From IMG/VR virus record IMGVR_UViG_2799112923_000001: DNA of 64,000 nucleotides. One strand, 5' to 3'. Of this stretch, positions 1 to 10,125 are shown piece after piece. The first letter of the stretch is position 1. Each line of letters starts with the position of its first letter. A model generated the notes under the pieces. That model had not been told where the DNA came from, did no database searches, and worked only from the letters and a program-made list of their open reading frames with translations. This DNA comes from a virus (lineage: Duplodnaviria > Heunggongvirae > Uroviricota > Caudoviricetes). A program made the translations under genes and the position numbers.

Positions 1-233
1 TGAAGCTTGGTTTGCGTAAACTCGGTGACGAAGTTGGTGAAGGTATCTTTGAATATGCTACAAAGCAGCTTGTTCAACCAACAGACTTCAAATCCGAAGA
101 TGACTACATTAAGTATTGCCAGGAAATAAGAACCGGTGTTGCCGAAAAGTATAACAAGACACTCTCCGATTTGCTTTCTCAAATTGGTTTGTTCATTGAC
201 AACAAGGTTCACAACGCCTGCCCAAATAAGTAA
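1..233 (+). CDS. 3' part of a hypothetical protein (starts before window)
   Basis: Frame is open from the window edge (KLGLRKLGD...) to TAA at 233; a terminator hairpin follows. Confidence 0.7.
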   Translation, partial: KLGLRKLGDEVGEGIFEYATKQLVQPTDFKSEDDYIKYCQEIRTGVAEKYNKTLSDLLSQIGLFIDNKVHNACPNK

Positions 234-259
234 TCTTAAATTACAGTATTTTAAAAATA

Positions 260-288
260 AAAATCCCCTATATAAATGGGGATTTTTT
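260..288 (+). terminator. Rho-independent terminator
   Basis: aaaatcccc-N-ggggatttttt hairpin with U tract. Confidence 0.75.
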
Positions 289-294
289 CTATAT

Positions 295-302
295 TATAAA
301 TA
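295..302 (+). promoter_or_regulatory. T4-type late promoter TATAAATA
   Basis: Exact gp55 consensus, 4 nt before ATG 307. Confidence 0.7.
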
Positions 303-306
303 TAGT

Positions 307-792
307 ATGCGTAATAGTAAGAATATCAATACAATATACTTGGATATGGACGGTGTAATTTGTGATTTTTGCGGAGCCTGCAAAGATATAGATGCTATTG
401 AACATTACAAAGTAGATTGGGAAAAAGTACATTCAGCAGGAATTGACTTTTGGGCAAATATGGCCTGGACGAATGAAGGGCAGAAATTTTATAAATGGCT
501 AGAAAAGTTTTGCGATGAAGAAGGTATAGATTTGTGTATTCTATCACAAGTTAATTACAGCGATGGTGTTAATGGTAAGATAGAATGGCTTATGGCTAAT
601 ACTAAAGTTCCAAATAAAAACATTTACATTGTTAAGACAGGGAAAGCAAAAGCAAAATACGCAAATAACCAGAGTTTACTAATTGACGATTTCGGAAAAA
701 ATATAGAATCATTTGTTTTGGCAGGTGGTTTCGGTATCAAATTTGAAAGTCCTGGACAAGCAAGACAAGCTCTATTAGATTTATTAGGATAA
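307..792 (+). CDS. HAD-family 5'(3')-deoxyribonucleotidase-like protein
   Basis: YLDMDGVICDF (HAD motif I) and LLIDD (motif IV); real start is ATG 307, not 136. Confidence 0.85.
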   Translation: MRNSKNINTIYLDMDGVICDFCGACKDIDAIEHYKVDWEKVHSAGIDFWANMAWTNEGQKFYKWLEKFCDEEGIDLCILSQVNYSDGVNGKIEWLMANTKVPNKNIYIVKTGKAKAKYANNQSLLIDDFGKNIESFVLAGGFGIKFESPGQARQALLDLLG

Positions 793-812
793 ATTTGTTG
801 TTTGTTAGATTG

Positions 813-844
813 AGCCTCTATCCTTTATGGGATAGAGGTTTTTT
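813..844 (+). terminator. Rho-independent terminator
   Basis: agcctctatcc-tttat-ggatagaggtt-type hairpin followed by a U tract. Confidence 0.8.
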
Positions 845-846
845 CG

Positions 847-854
847 TATAAATA
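847..854 (+). promoter_or_regulatory. Late promoter TATAAATA
   Basis: Consensus upstream of AGAGG RBS and ATG 876. Confidence 0.75.
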
Positions 855-875
855 TATGAGAAAAAGAGGTATATA

Positions 876-1522
876 ATGGCAGAAGAAAATACAGCTACAA
901 GTTCTCACTTAAATTCATATATGCACGTCTATGACAATGGCACTACAGCTCGTTTGTATGTTACACCTTGGAATAAGTCCACAGTTGCCGATGGTTATTG
1001 GCAAACAGTTAACACCATTCAACCATTGATTAACCGAGACATTTATCTAGCAGATTGTTTGGATAAATTAGCAAATAAGTATACAGTATACAAACCGATT
1101 GTTTGGATAAATTAGCAAATAAGTATACAGTATACAAACCAGGTTTTGGTATTGAAATGGAACATAATACTGTAGAAGATTATTGGACTATTTCTGTTAA
1201 AACAGATGAATTGCTTAATACAGTACCCCATTATATTTTTGATACAACATATTTTAAAGTAGATGAAGATAAAGAACAAAATACAGTAAATGTTGGTTTT
1301 AAAGTAAAACCAGATGGTTACATTAAAGCTGGTGATAATGGATTATTTTGTAATGTTGAAGGTTTGATAAATGAAACTTCATCATATTCAAGTTATTCTT
1401 CTGTATCTTCTAAAACTACTTCTTCATTCACATACGAATATAAAGTTAGCAACCAACCATTTGAAGCCGTTAGCACATTCCCTTCAAATCCTTCCCCAGG
1501 AACAATTTATCTAATAGGTTAA
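876..1522 (+). CDS. Tail-fibre/baseplate-associated protein split by a 44-bp tandem duplication (about 200 aa when collapsed)
   Basis: ORFs 876-1115 and 1103-1522 fuse if one repeat copy is removed; N-terminal W-x-K-x-TV-x-DG...PL-x-NRDI-x-LA motif shared with 1524 and 29568. Confidence 0.7.
1053..1140. repeat. Perfect 44-bp tandem duplication
   Basis: gattgtttggataaattagcaaataagtatacagtatacaaacc at 1053-1096 and 1097-1140. Confidence 0.95.
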
Positions 1523-1523
1523 T

Positions 1524-2420
1524 ATGGGATATAAACCTTACGCAAAATACCATTTATACGAAACTGCACATAGTGGATTTTATGATGGTGAATTATCCGC
1601 TGAAACAGTTAATTTGTTGCCAAAGACTTGGACAAAGTTTACAGTTACGGATGGTGATTGGAAAACTGAAAAAACTCTTGAACCATTATGGAATAGAGAT
1701 ATTTTCTTGGCTAATGAAATTGACAAGGTAGATGAAGATAAAAAGAAACATTATGTAGCCAGTAGTCATTTCGTTATAGACCACGAAAATGAAACAATGT
1801 ATGTAAACCCATTTGATAGTTTATATACATTTAGTGATGGTATATTATACGAACCTGAAAGTTATAGTATCACTACAAAATTCCCTGATAAAGATGGTGG
1901 TGTTATAAACAAATTATATTTGGATGGTGGCAGTGCGAATTATAAGTACACAAAACCAGATGTTCAATACACTGCTTGGTGTGATAGTTCTTGTTCTTCC
2001 AAACCAATTTTCTCTGCTGAGACTATAATAAATGGTAGCACTGATATTGAAACAGAATACAATACTTATATGAGAGATGCTGGTATTATTGTAGTTGTAT
2101 CTGGTGGATTACTTTATGACGATGATGTTAAGAAAGGATATTGGAGAGATTCTTTAATTGATTGTTGGTCTGCTGAGGCTAATACTAGATATATTGGACC
2201 TTCAGCTGGTTGGAATTACAAAGTAGAACATCCTGAAATGTATGAAAATTCCGCATATAGTGATGGAACTAAAAATTGGTCTTATACTTCTAGTCATTTT
2301 GAAGAATTTTTTAATCCATTGGATAGAACACCATATAGTGAAGATATACAACAAGCTGGTCCAAATTTAATTAGTGGTGTTGTGGATATGGTTCCTGAAA
2401 ACGCATTATATATTTGGTAA
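1524..2420 (+). CDS. Putative tail-fibre/baseplate-associated protein
   Basis: 298 aa; TWTKFTVTDGDW...PLWNRDIFLANEID motif shared with 876 and 29568. Confidence 0.6.
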   Translation: MGYKPYAKYHLYETAHSGFYDGELSAETVNLLPKTWTKFTVTDGDWKTEKTLEPLWNRDIFLANEIDKVDEDKKKHYVASSHFVIDHENETMYVNPFDSLYTFSDGILYEPESYSITTKFPDKDGGVINKLYLDGGSANYKYTKPDVQYTAWCDSSCSSKPIFSAETIINGSTDIETEYNTYMRDAGIIVVVSGGLLYDDDVKKGYWRDSLIDCWSAEANTRYIGPSAGWNYKVEHPEMYENSAYSDGTKNWSYTSSHFEEFFNPLDRTPYSEDIQQAGPNLISGVVDMVPENALYIW

Positions 2421-2423
2421 ATT

Positions 2424-4799
2424 ATGAGTTATTATATTAAAAGTAAAGATGGCAAAATATACTCTGATACAATAGCAGGTGGAACACCATTTAAAGAAGC
2501 TATTGTAGTTAATGAAGTTCGTTTAGATTATCCTGATAAAGATGTAGCAGGTGCAGAACCATATTATACAGATGGTTATAATTCTTGGAAAGGAGATAAT
2601 GCCTATAACAGCCGTTATCTAGTTCCTTATGTTGCTATTAAAGATGCTTCAAGACCTTTAATATATGGTGGTGCTACTGCTTATGGTGCTACTTCTATTG
2701 ATGAAGTAGATATTGGGGTAAACTATTTCCCTGAGTATTATAGACCAATCGCAATTTGTTCTTATAAAACTAGACGAAATACTTATGAAATTACAAAAGA
2801 TAAAAGTTCCGACTATCCTGTATTATATTTCCCAGTAAGACACCAAACCATTATTCAAAAAGAATTGTATAATGGTGATAAATCTATGATTTCTCATTGT
2901 GATAGAACTAAAGGTAATACCTTGTATTACTACATCAGTGAAAATCAAAAATGTTTGAATAGTAGATGGGATTCTAAATGGGGACCTTATCCAGGCGATG
3001 CTCATAATGTGGACCCTAATGATACTGTTTTATACTGCGATAGTAGTTGGATTCACGATGGCGACCTAACCGCTGCTGCGAACCCATTTTATTCTGATGT
3101 TAAAATCCAAAATAATAATCTACATTTTTTCAAACAACTTTTTGATACCAAAGATAATGATATGTTTGGATATACAGAAATTAAAATGCCTGAGAGTGTA
3201 TCAAACAAAAATAGATTAACTTATTTTAGATTAAACATTGATGAAATCAAGAGTAAAGGAAATAAACTCACATTGAAGTATTATTGGAATTATTTGTATA
3301 AAAATGATTCCCAAATGAGAACAAATTATGATGTTTATGGATTAGATAAACCATTCGTATTCAATTATTGGACTGGTGACACTGAAGAATGGCCTGTATC
3401 TACTGATACAAATTATGGATATAAACTAAATGAAAATTTGAAATCATCATTAGTAAATGGCGTTAATACTTGTGAAGGTGTAAACACAAAATATACTTTT
3501 AATATGGATGATGATACTCAAAAAGACCCTTGGAACGATGTAGAAACCTATAATAATCTATGGATAAACTGGGTTAATAAAGGTAATGATGGTGAAGAAA
3601 AAAACATGGTTCTTTTGAAAGTTGCCAATAATAATTCAGCTCTATTTACTACCGGTGCTTTGGGTGGTATGTCAGTTGGTAGTATCGGTAATACAAGTTA
3701 TAGTGCTATGTTAGCTGGTAAACGATATGTAGTTCAGTTCGGTAGTCCTGATTATCGTATTTGTGTTCCAAAGAATGATTGCCCTATAAAAACACCATTA
3801 ACAGAAAGTTTATTCAAGGAAATTCATAATCTATCCGAATATGCTCTATCAGCATTAAAAGACACCCAATGTTATGAAAACTATACTGCACATTTTACAG
3901 AACAAAAATTCTTAAAAGACCAAAACAACTGGGGCGATTATAGTGCTAATTTCTTACCATATTTAAGAACTAATACAAATAATTGTGTTTTTGAAAACAC
4001 TTGGTATGGTTGTTATTTTAACCAATATACTTCAAATTCTTCACCTAAATTAGTTTATAAAATGTGGGATGCTAAGGTTGTTAGTCAATTTAATCCAAGT
4101 GTTAATGATTTGATTAAAAATGATAATGAATCAATTTATTCACTAGCAGGTGATACAACAAATTTATATAGTGCTAATAATACTACTTATTATAGTGACC
4201 CTCCATCGTGGAAAAAAGTATATGCAGGTGATTATATGAAAGTTGTAAAAGATTATGATTCTAGTGTTCAAAAATTAACTTATTCTTTTGGTAAATTAAC
4301 CGCCGATATAGAGTCACAATACAATATTCCACTTACAGAGATATATGAAAAAATGCAAGTAATTTATTCAAATGAATATGACGAAGTAATTTGCCCAAAA
4401 ATTTATAACTATTTAACAGCAAATAACTTCTTTGCTACCGCAAGCATGACACAATTTGACCCAACTAAATCATATACTAATGGTAGTGTTGTTTATGATA
4501 AAATAACGAAATATACTGCAAATTGTTTCGTAAAAGCGGGCTACAATTTAAATTCTATTGCTTGGAATGAAAACTTATTTAATCCATTAAATTCTACAGT
4601 ATTAGCATCAAAATTATCAGCCGATATAACATATAACTATGCTGGTAGTGCTTCATATACAATAGATTTAACAAATGAAACTAAACAATATCTTTATGTG
4701 GCAAACCCAACTACTATATTATTAACACCAATTACTGATATGACAGATTGTGATAATATAATAACTGACTTTAAAATGGTGTACGAAGCAACAAATTAA
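2424..4799 (+). CDS. Large Tyr/Asn-rich virion or receptor-binding-like protein
   Basis: 791-aa ORF in a late operon just before the tail sheath. Confidence 0.5.
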   Translation: MSYYIKSKDGKIYSDTIAGGTPFKEAIVVNEVRLDYPDKDVAGAEPYYTDGYNSWKGDNAYNSRYLVPYVAIKDASRPLIYGGATAYGATSIDEVDIGVNYFPEYYRPIAICSYKTRRNTYEITKDKSSDYPVLYFPVRHQTIIQKELYNGDKSMISHCDRTKGNTLYYYISENQKCLNSRWDSKWGPYPGDAHNVDPNDTVLYCDSSWIHDGDLTAAANPFYSDVKIQNNNLHFFKQLFDTKDNDMFGYTEIKMPESVSNKNRLTYFRLNIDEIKSKGNKLTLKYYWNYLYKNDSQMRTNYDVYGLDKPFVFNYWTGDTEEWPVSTDTNYGYKLNENLKSSLVNGVNTCEGVNTKYTFNMDDDTQKDPWNDVETYNNLWINWVNKGNDGEEKNMVLLKVANNNSALFTTGALGGMSVGSIGNTSYSAMLAGKRYVVQFGSPDYRICVPKNDCPIKTPLTESLFKEIHNLSEYALSALKDTQCYENYTAHFTEQKFLKDQNNWGDYSANFLPYLRTNTNNCVFENTWYGCYFNQYTSNSSPKLVYKMWDAKVVSQFNPSVNDLIKNDNESIYSLAGDTTNLYSANNTTYYSDPPSWKKVYAGDYMKVVKDYDSSVQKLTYSFGKLTADIESQYNIPLTEIYEKMQVIYSNEYDEVICPKIYNYLTANNFFATASMTQFDPTKSYTNGSVVYDKITKYTANCFVKAGYNLNSIAWNENLFNPLNSTVLASKLSADITYNYAGSASYTIDLTNETKQYLYVANPTTILLTPITDMTDCDNIITDFKMVYEATN

Positions 4800-4804
4800 A
4801 CAGT

Positions 4805-4833
4805 AAAAGGGTCGCAAAAATGCGACCCTTTCT
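4805..4833 (+). terminator. Rho-independent terminator
   Basis: aaagggtcgca-aaaa-tgcgaccctttc. Confidence 0.8.
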
Positions 4834-4841
4834 TATAAATA
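4834..4841 (+). promoter_or_regulatory. Late promoter TATAAATA
   Basis: Consensus upstream of the sheath gene. Confidence 0.75.
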
Positions 4842-4906
4842 CTAATATAAGTCTAATTGTGAGTGAGTGATTTTATTATTTTGTTTAAATTATAAGGAAA
4901 ATTAGT

Positions 4907-7900
4907 ATGGCTAAATATTCAGTTCCTGGTATTAGATTTACTGAAATTGATAATACCATTCGTTCTAATTCTCTTCCTGGTTTGGGAATTGGTGCTATCG
5001 TAATGAAGTCCAACAAAGGACCTGTAAACCAGCGTATCTTAACATCTTCTTATGACAATTTCACCGATATTTTCGGTCAACCTGAAAATCTTGATGACTA
5101 TGGTCACTTTGCTGCCGAAAACTATTTGGCAATTTCTAACCAGTTGTTGGCTGTTCGTACCACAATGGGTGATGAAGGCTATGCCCAGATTCAATATCCA
5201 TACACCGACGCTGACTTGAAGGATGTTTATCGTTCAAAAGATACATCTAACTTTAAGTACATTGACAACGAAGATAACTCTAATTTGAAGTTGTTGGGTA
5301 ATTTGGAAGCAGTTACTCAGGTTTCTGCTTTGGCATCTAATGGCGAATGGAAAGTAGAACAAGCTCTATCTGCTTTCGGTGTTTACCAAAAAGCAAGTTT
5401 CGCTACCATTTATGATTTGATTAACGATAACCCACCTTCCGTTGCTGTATTCAAGAATGCAGACGAAATCATTAAGACTTCAGGTAAATATGTAGAATTT
5501 GCCACAAGAGTTAATAATAAGGGTGAAGTTGGTAAATGGTATGACGATTTGATTTTGACAAAAGATGCTTGGACATCAGGTGATATTACATCTGCTTCTT
5601 ACCAAGTATTTGACACTACCCCATTGACATACACTGTTACTGCTGAAGGTCAAGAACCAAAAACAATGAGTGGTTTCAAGACTGTATTCAGTATTCCAGC
5701 CGAAGATACATTGAATCAAGAAGGTGTAACATTAACAGCATACTATAACGAAGAATTTTATGCTGACAAATTGAGTGCTAATGCCGATTTGTTGTATACT
5801 GATTTGTTCGCTAGTGCTAACTTCTATTCACCAGCTGATACTGTAATGTCAAAAGAACCAAAAGATGCTATCAAGGTTCAATTTAGAGATTGGGATGATT
5901 GTGTAAACAAAACATTCTATGTTCTTCAAAAAGACTTTACAGCAACTTCTGCTCAGGCCGTTGGTATTCAGTACCGTGAATATGGTATGAACACATTACA
6001 AGAAGCCTTGGCTATGTTTGAAGAAGATACACTTGAAGTTAAATTCAAAGAATTAAGCAAGATTTCTACCATGACCAAACAACAAATGAGAGATGAATAT
6101 AACTTTGATGGTACTGGTATGGAAAAGATTAACGAACTTGCTGACCAATATGGTTGTGATTCTTCCGAACTTCTTGCTAATGAAACCTATGGGTTGCTAA
6201 CATACTTTGATGTATGGGAAGGTAAACAATACGATAATGAAGAATACGAAGGTAATGTAATAAATGTTGCCGTTGAAAAGGTTATCTATAAAGATGACTG
6301 GACAAAATTCACTTCAAAGAATGGTGGAGCAAACTTTGACGAAAAGTTGTTCTGGACCGTCGCTGAAAAGAACGCAAAAACACCTACAACTCTTTCTGTA
6401 TATGTTGCTGACGCACCTGAAGGTGTTGTAATTCCTTGGCAAGAAAATACTACAAAAGACAACGATGACCCAGTCAACAAGATGGCTGCTTTCGCAACAA
6501 GTGAAATCTTGAATGGTACAAATGAAAGATACAAAGATGGTTACACTGTTTCCATTGAATCTGATGACGAACCAGGTAATGGTGACGTAGAACAATATGT
6601 ATCTAACAAGGCTAACCAGTTGATTATCGCATCTATTGGTCCTGGTGAATATGGTAATGATGTTGGTGTTTCTATTATCACACCTGAATGTGAAGAAATT
6701 CCTGCATTGAACCACCAGAACGCATTTAACTGGAAATATCGTTATGATGATGAAGATAAGGTAGATAGTGATGACCAGGCAATTCAAGATTCTTTGACTT
6801 GGAAGAAGGTCTATCGTATCAATGTTTATGTAAAGACCAAATCACAAACTGCTGAAACTGCTTGGGGAACCGGTATGGATGCTCTCTTGAAAGACCCTGC
6901 CGAATCTTGGTATGTTTCTAATGACCCAACTGCAAAAGACGCAGAAGGTAATAGTTTGTATGCTCCAAACGTCATTAACGGTCATTCCGAATACATCTAT
7001 GTTTCTCGTAATTCTGTAAACGAAGCAAGAACCGGTGCAGGTACCTATGCTATGCCACATCAGACCTTCGCTATCTATGGATTGACCGGTGGTTCTAACT
7101 CAAAGAAGAACAATGTAACTGAAAAGATTGCTGGTTTGAAACTCTATACAGATAGACAGAAAGCCGATTTTGACATTTTGTTCAATGTTGAAGCCATTGA
7201 CACATTCAATGGAAAACAGAGATACTCTGCTCTCCAAAGAAGAATTGCCGAAATTGCTGCTAGCAGAACTATTGACATTGGTGTAGTTCAGGTAACATCA
7301 AGAGAAGCTAAATCTGTTAAGAGAATGCTTGGTGAAGCTAAAATGTTCGCATTTAACAATGGTACCTATGTAGCCGAATATGCTGGCTATGACAAGTATT
7401 ACAATGGAACACTTGCTTCTTGGATTTACTTGCCTAAATCTGTTGCTGGTGCTTGCCGTATGGCTTATTGTGATATGACAGGTTATCCTTGGTATGCTCC
7501 TGCTGGTGTACAGCGTGGTAACATTACTTATACCAACGGTCCATTAACTCGTTTGACCGACCCTGAAATTGGTCAGTTGTATGACATCAATGTTAATACA
7601 TCAAGAGATTGTGCCGGTTATGGTGAATGCTTATACGGACAAAAGACTGCTTTGAAGAAAGACTCCGCATTGAATAGAATCAATGTTCGTAGATGCTTGA
7701 ACTACATTGAAAAGGTTCTTGAAACTATGATGCTCCCTTACTTGTTCCAGCAGAATACTGCTAACACAAGAAGTGCCGCTAGAAACTCTATTGATGCTTT
7801 CTTGAACCGTGTACAAGCAGCTGAAGGTATTGAACAATATGCTCTATCTGTAACACAAGATAGTGAAGACCCACATATTATGAATGTTGCTATTAGAGTT

Positions 7901-7984
7901 GTTCCTGCTGAAGCCATTGAATTCATTGATGTTACAATTACTGTTGATAGAAATACTGGTGTAACAACCAATGAAACAATGTAA
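4907..7984 (+). CDS. Contractile tail sheath protein (T4 gp18-like)
   Basis: N-terminal PGIRFTEID and KGPVN...FGQP; C-terminal PWYAPAG..RG, LYGQKT, LNRINVRR, AIEFI. Confidence 0.93.
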   Translation: MAKYSVPGIRFTEIDNTIRSNSLPGLGIGAIVMKSNKGPVNQRILTSSYDNFTDIFGQPENLDDYGHFAAENYLAISNQLLAVRTTMGDEGYAQIQYPYTDADLKDVYRSKDTSNFKYIDNEDNSNLKLLGNLEAVTQVSALASNGEWKVEQALSAFGVYQKASFATIYDLINDNPPSVAVFKNADEIIKTSGKYVEFATRVNNKGEVGKWYDDLILTKDAWTSGDITSASYQVFDTTPLTYTVTAEGQEPKTMSGFKTVFSIPAEDTLNQEGVTLTAYYNEEFYADKLSANADLLYTDLFASANFYSPADTVMSKEPKDAIKVQFRDWDDCVNKTFYVLQKDFTATSAQAVGIQYREYGMNTLQEALAMFEEDTLEVKFKELSKISTMTKQQMRDEYNFDGTGMEKINELADQYGCDSSELLANETYGLLTYFDVWEGKQYDNEEYEGNVINVAVEKVIYKDDWTKFTSKNGGANFDEKLFWTVAEKNAKTPTTLSVYVADAPEGVVIPWQENTTKDNDDPVNKMAAFATSEILNGTNERYKDGYTVSIESDDEPGNGDVEQYVSNKANQLIIASIGPGEYGNDVGVSIITPECEEIPALNHQNAFNWKYRYDDEDKVDSDDQAIQDSLTWKKVYRINVYVKTKSQTAETAWGTGMDALLKDPAESWYVSNDPTAKDAEGNSLYAPNVINGHSEYIYVSRNSVNEARTGAGTYAMPHQTFAIYGLTGGSNSKKNNVTEKIAGLKLYTDRQKADFDILFNVEAIDTFNGKQRYSALQRRIAEIAASRTIDIGVVQVTSREAKSVKRMLGEAKMFAFNNGTYVAEYAGYDKYYNGTLASWIYLPKSVAGACRMAYCDMTGYPWYAPAGVQRGNITYTNGPLTRLTDPEIGQLYDINVNTSRDCAGYGECLYGQKTALKKDSALNRINVRRCLNYIEKVLETMMLPYLFQQNTANTRSAARNSIDAFLNRVQAAEGIEQYALSVTQDSEDPHIMNVAIRVVPAEAIEFIDVTITVDRNTGVTTNETM

Positions 7985-8006
7985 TACATTCAAAACAAAT
8001 TAAACA

Positions 8007-8037
8007 AAAACCTCGGGTTAGTAGCCCGGGGTTTTCT
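8007..8037 (+). terminator. Rho-independent terminator
   Basis: aaaacctcgggtta-g-tagcccggggtttt. Confidence 0.75.
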
Positions 8038-8053
8038 TGTTCATAAATAGTAT

Positions 8054-8374
8054 ATGACTAAATTAGAATTGAAACAACATACAAAAGAACTTTATGAATC
8101 AGTTTTAGATTTATTACAAACAAAAGAAAATATAGAATTAGCCTTGTATGAAGGTGGTATCTTTGATGACGAATTCATTAAAGCCCAAATTCTTTTGATT
8201 AGTTATTTTCATCTAGCTGATGTTCCAACCGAAGTTCTTGAAAAGAGTTTGGATTGTAATATACCAAACCGAATTTATGAAGTATTTTATAAACACATTC
8301 AAAATGAATGGCTAAAACGAGCATATAGAGAAATTGGTGAAACAATTACAGAAATTGAGAATATGAAGGATTAA
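8054..8374 (+). CDS. Hypothetical protein
   Basis: 106-aa ORF directly after CATAAATA (8042-8049). Confidence 0.7.
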   Translation: MTKLELKQHTKELYESVLDLLQTKENIELALYEGGIFDDEFIKAQILLISYFHLADVPTEVLEKSLDCNIPNRIYEVFYKHIQNEWLKRAYREIGETITEIENMKD

Positions 8375-8376
8375 CT

Positions 8377-8904
8377 ATGGCGATGTTTAATAACAATTAT
8401 TTGAAGGGTACATTTAGTCCAAAACACCCTGAGAAATGTTTGAATTTGAATGGTAGAGTTCAAGGCCACCCAATTACATTTCGTTCCAGTTATGAAAAGA
8501 TAATGGCGAATTGGTTGGATTTGAATAACAACATTTTGGAATGGGGAAGTGAAATAACTGAGATTCCTTATTTCTCTCAAATAGATGGTAAATCTCACAG
8601 ATACATTACTGACTTTCAGTTTACCTGCAAAACAAAAGATGGTGAATTAGAAAAATGGTTGATTGAAGTAAAACCCAGTTCTCAGGTTCCTAGATTGGAT
8701 GAATGTGGTCAGATCATTTTTCCAAAATTAGAACCCACAGCTCGCGGTAAACTGAATCAAAAACGCATTGATAGATGGCAGGAATACTGTAATGTTTTGA
8801 AGAAAAATCACGAAAAATGGACAGCCGCAAGAGATTGGTGTAGAAGAAATGGATTTAAGTTTAAAGTTGTAACTGATGTTGAATTGGGATTGACACGCAA
8901 ATAA
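8377..8904 (+). CDS. Head completion nuclease (T4 gp4-like, TnsA-type)
   Basis: G.FSPKHPEK, FRSSYE, WGSE..IPY, HRYITDF, LIEVKP, KWTAA..WC. Confidence 0.88.
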   Translation: MAMFNNNYLKGTFSPKHPEKCLNLNGRVQGHPITFRSSYEKIMANWLDLNNNILEWGSEITEIPYFSQIDGKSHRYITDFQFTCKTKDGELEKWLIEVKPSSQVPRLDECGQIIFPKLEPTARGKLNQKRIDRWQEYCNVLKKNHEKWTAARDWCRRNGFKFKVVTDVELGLTRK

Positions 8905-8918
8905 ATAAATTGTATATT
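8890..8918 (+). promoter_or_regulatory. Sigma70-type promoter TTGACA-N17-TATATT
   Basis: Same consensus as the - strand early promoters; lies upstream of ORF 8973 and the patatin. Confidence 0.65.
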
Positions 8919-8972
8919 ATTGTTTGTTGGTGAAGTTGAAATATAAAGGGTATTTCAAATGAGGTCTCAATT

Positions 8973-9173
8973 ATGACAGATGAAGAATATCAAATAATGA
9001 AGAAGTTCATGGCTGACCAAATAAAAGAAATTGAAGTTCAAAAATGGTTAGAAGGTGAACGCAGGGGTTGTGACCCAGGTGAAGAGTTTGTAACACAATG
9101 GATTGCGGAACACGCAGCCGAATTTAGAATCAGATGGGAGAAGGATAACAATGTCAAAAACACTAACAATTAG
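8973..9173 (+). CDS. Small hypothetical protein (DUF4032-like)
   Basis: EIE..KWLEGER.G.D.G...W pattern, recalled from memory only. Confidence 0.5.
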   Translation: MTDEEYQIMKKFMADQIKEIEVQKWLEGERRGCDPGEEFVTQWIAEHAAEFRIRWEKDNNVKNTNN

Positions 9174-10021
9174 TGTATGTGGTGGTGGTGCTTTAGGTAT
9201 TCGGACCTTTAGCATTTCTCTGTAAATTAGAACAAGATTTGGGTAAAAAGATTACCGATGTATCTTTTGCCTATGCTGGTACTTCAACTGGTGCGATTAT
9301 TGCTGCTGGTCTAGCCGAAGGATATTCCGCACACGATTTATTTGACCTCTATAAAAACAACCTCAAAAAGATATTCACCACTTATAGCTGGTATAAGAGA
9401 ATCCAACCAAAATGCCCAACTTACGATAACACCAACCTTACCAAAATTCTTAAAGATAAATTTAAGGGAAAATGCGGTGATTGGAAGAAACCTGTATATA
9501 TTCCAACAACCTGCACAAATATACAGAATGTGGAAAAAGTTTGGGACTTGGGTGATAAAGATATAGATAAATGGTTTGCTATTCTTTCTAGTACTGCCGC
9601 ACCAACATATTTTGATTGTGTATATGATAAAAACAAGAACTGCTATATTGATGGTGGTATGTGGAAAAACTGCCCAATAGACGTTCTTAACGCTGGCTTA
9701 ATGAAATCCGGTTGGTCTAACTATAAAATCCTAAATCTTGACACAGGTATGACTACACCAAACAATGAGAGTGGAAATAAGACCTTATTGGGTTGGGCAG
9801 AGTATTTGTTTAGTCATTGGATTGCTAGAACAAGTTATTCAGGAGTTTATGAATGTAAGTCCATTTTGGGTGATGATGCAGTATTCCACGCCAGTCCATA
9901 TCACCAAAAGAAGATAAAAATGGATAAAACTGATAATGATACTATAAATCAAATAGTGGATATTTGGACTAACTATTATTATGCTAATCGCTCTAAAATC
10001 CTAGAATTTATGAAATCTTAA
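9151..10021 (+). CDS. Patatin-like phospholipase, +1 frameshift at CGG 9202-9204 (about 289 aa)
   Basis: Oxyanion GGGALG is in frame 0 from ATG 9151; GTSTG nucleophile and DGG are in the +1 frame; the two join by skipping C9202. Confidence 0.88.
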
Positions 10022-10045
10022 CTCAGTCATTAAAAATCTCACAAT

Positions 10046-10081
10046 AGAATGGTAGATTTGTTCAGTCTACCATTCTTTTTT
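10046..10081 (+). terminator. Rho-independent terminator
   Basis: agaatggtagat-ttgttca-gtctaccattct followed by a U tract. Confidence 0.8.
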
Positions 10082-10089
10082 TATAAATA
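10082..10089 (+). promoter_or_regulatory. Late promoter TATAAATA
   Basis: Consensus upstream of the prohead protease. Confidence 0.75.
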
Positions 10090-10125
10090 CATTATAGAAA
10101 ATATAACCAAAAATAGAGGTTTAAA

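Noticed and set aside
136-306. N-terminal extension of the HAD ORF
   Set aside because: It runs through the previous gene, a terminator and a promoter; the true start is 307
6286-7989. Antisense ORFs inside the sheath gene (likewise inside nrdD, the fibres, gp46 and rtcB)
   Set aside because: Shadow ORFs from codon bias, with no RBS or recognisable motifs
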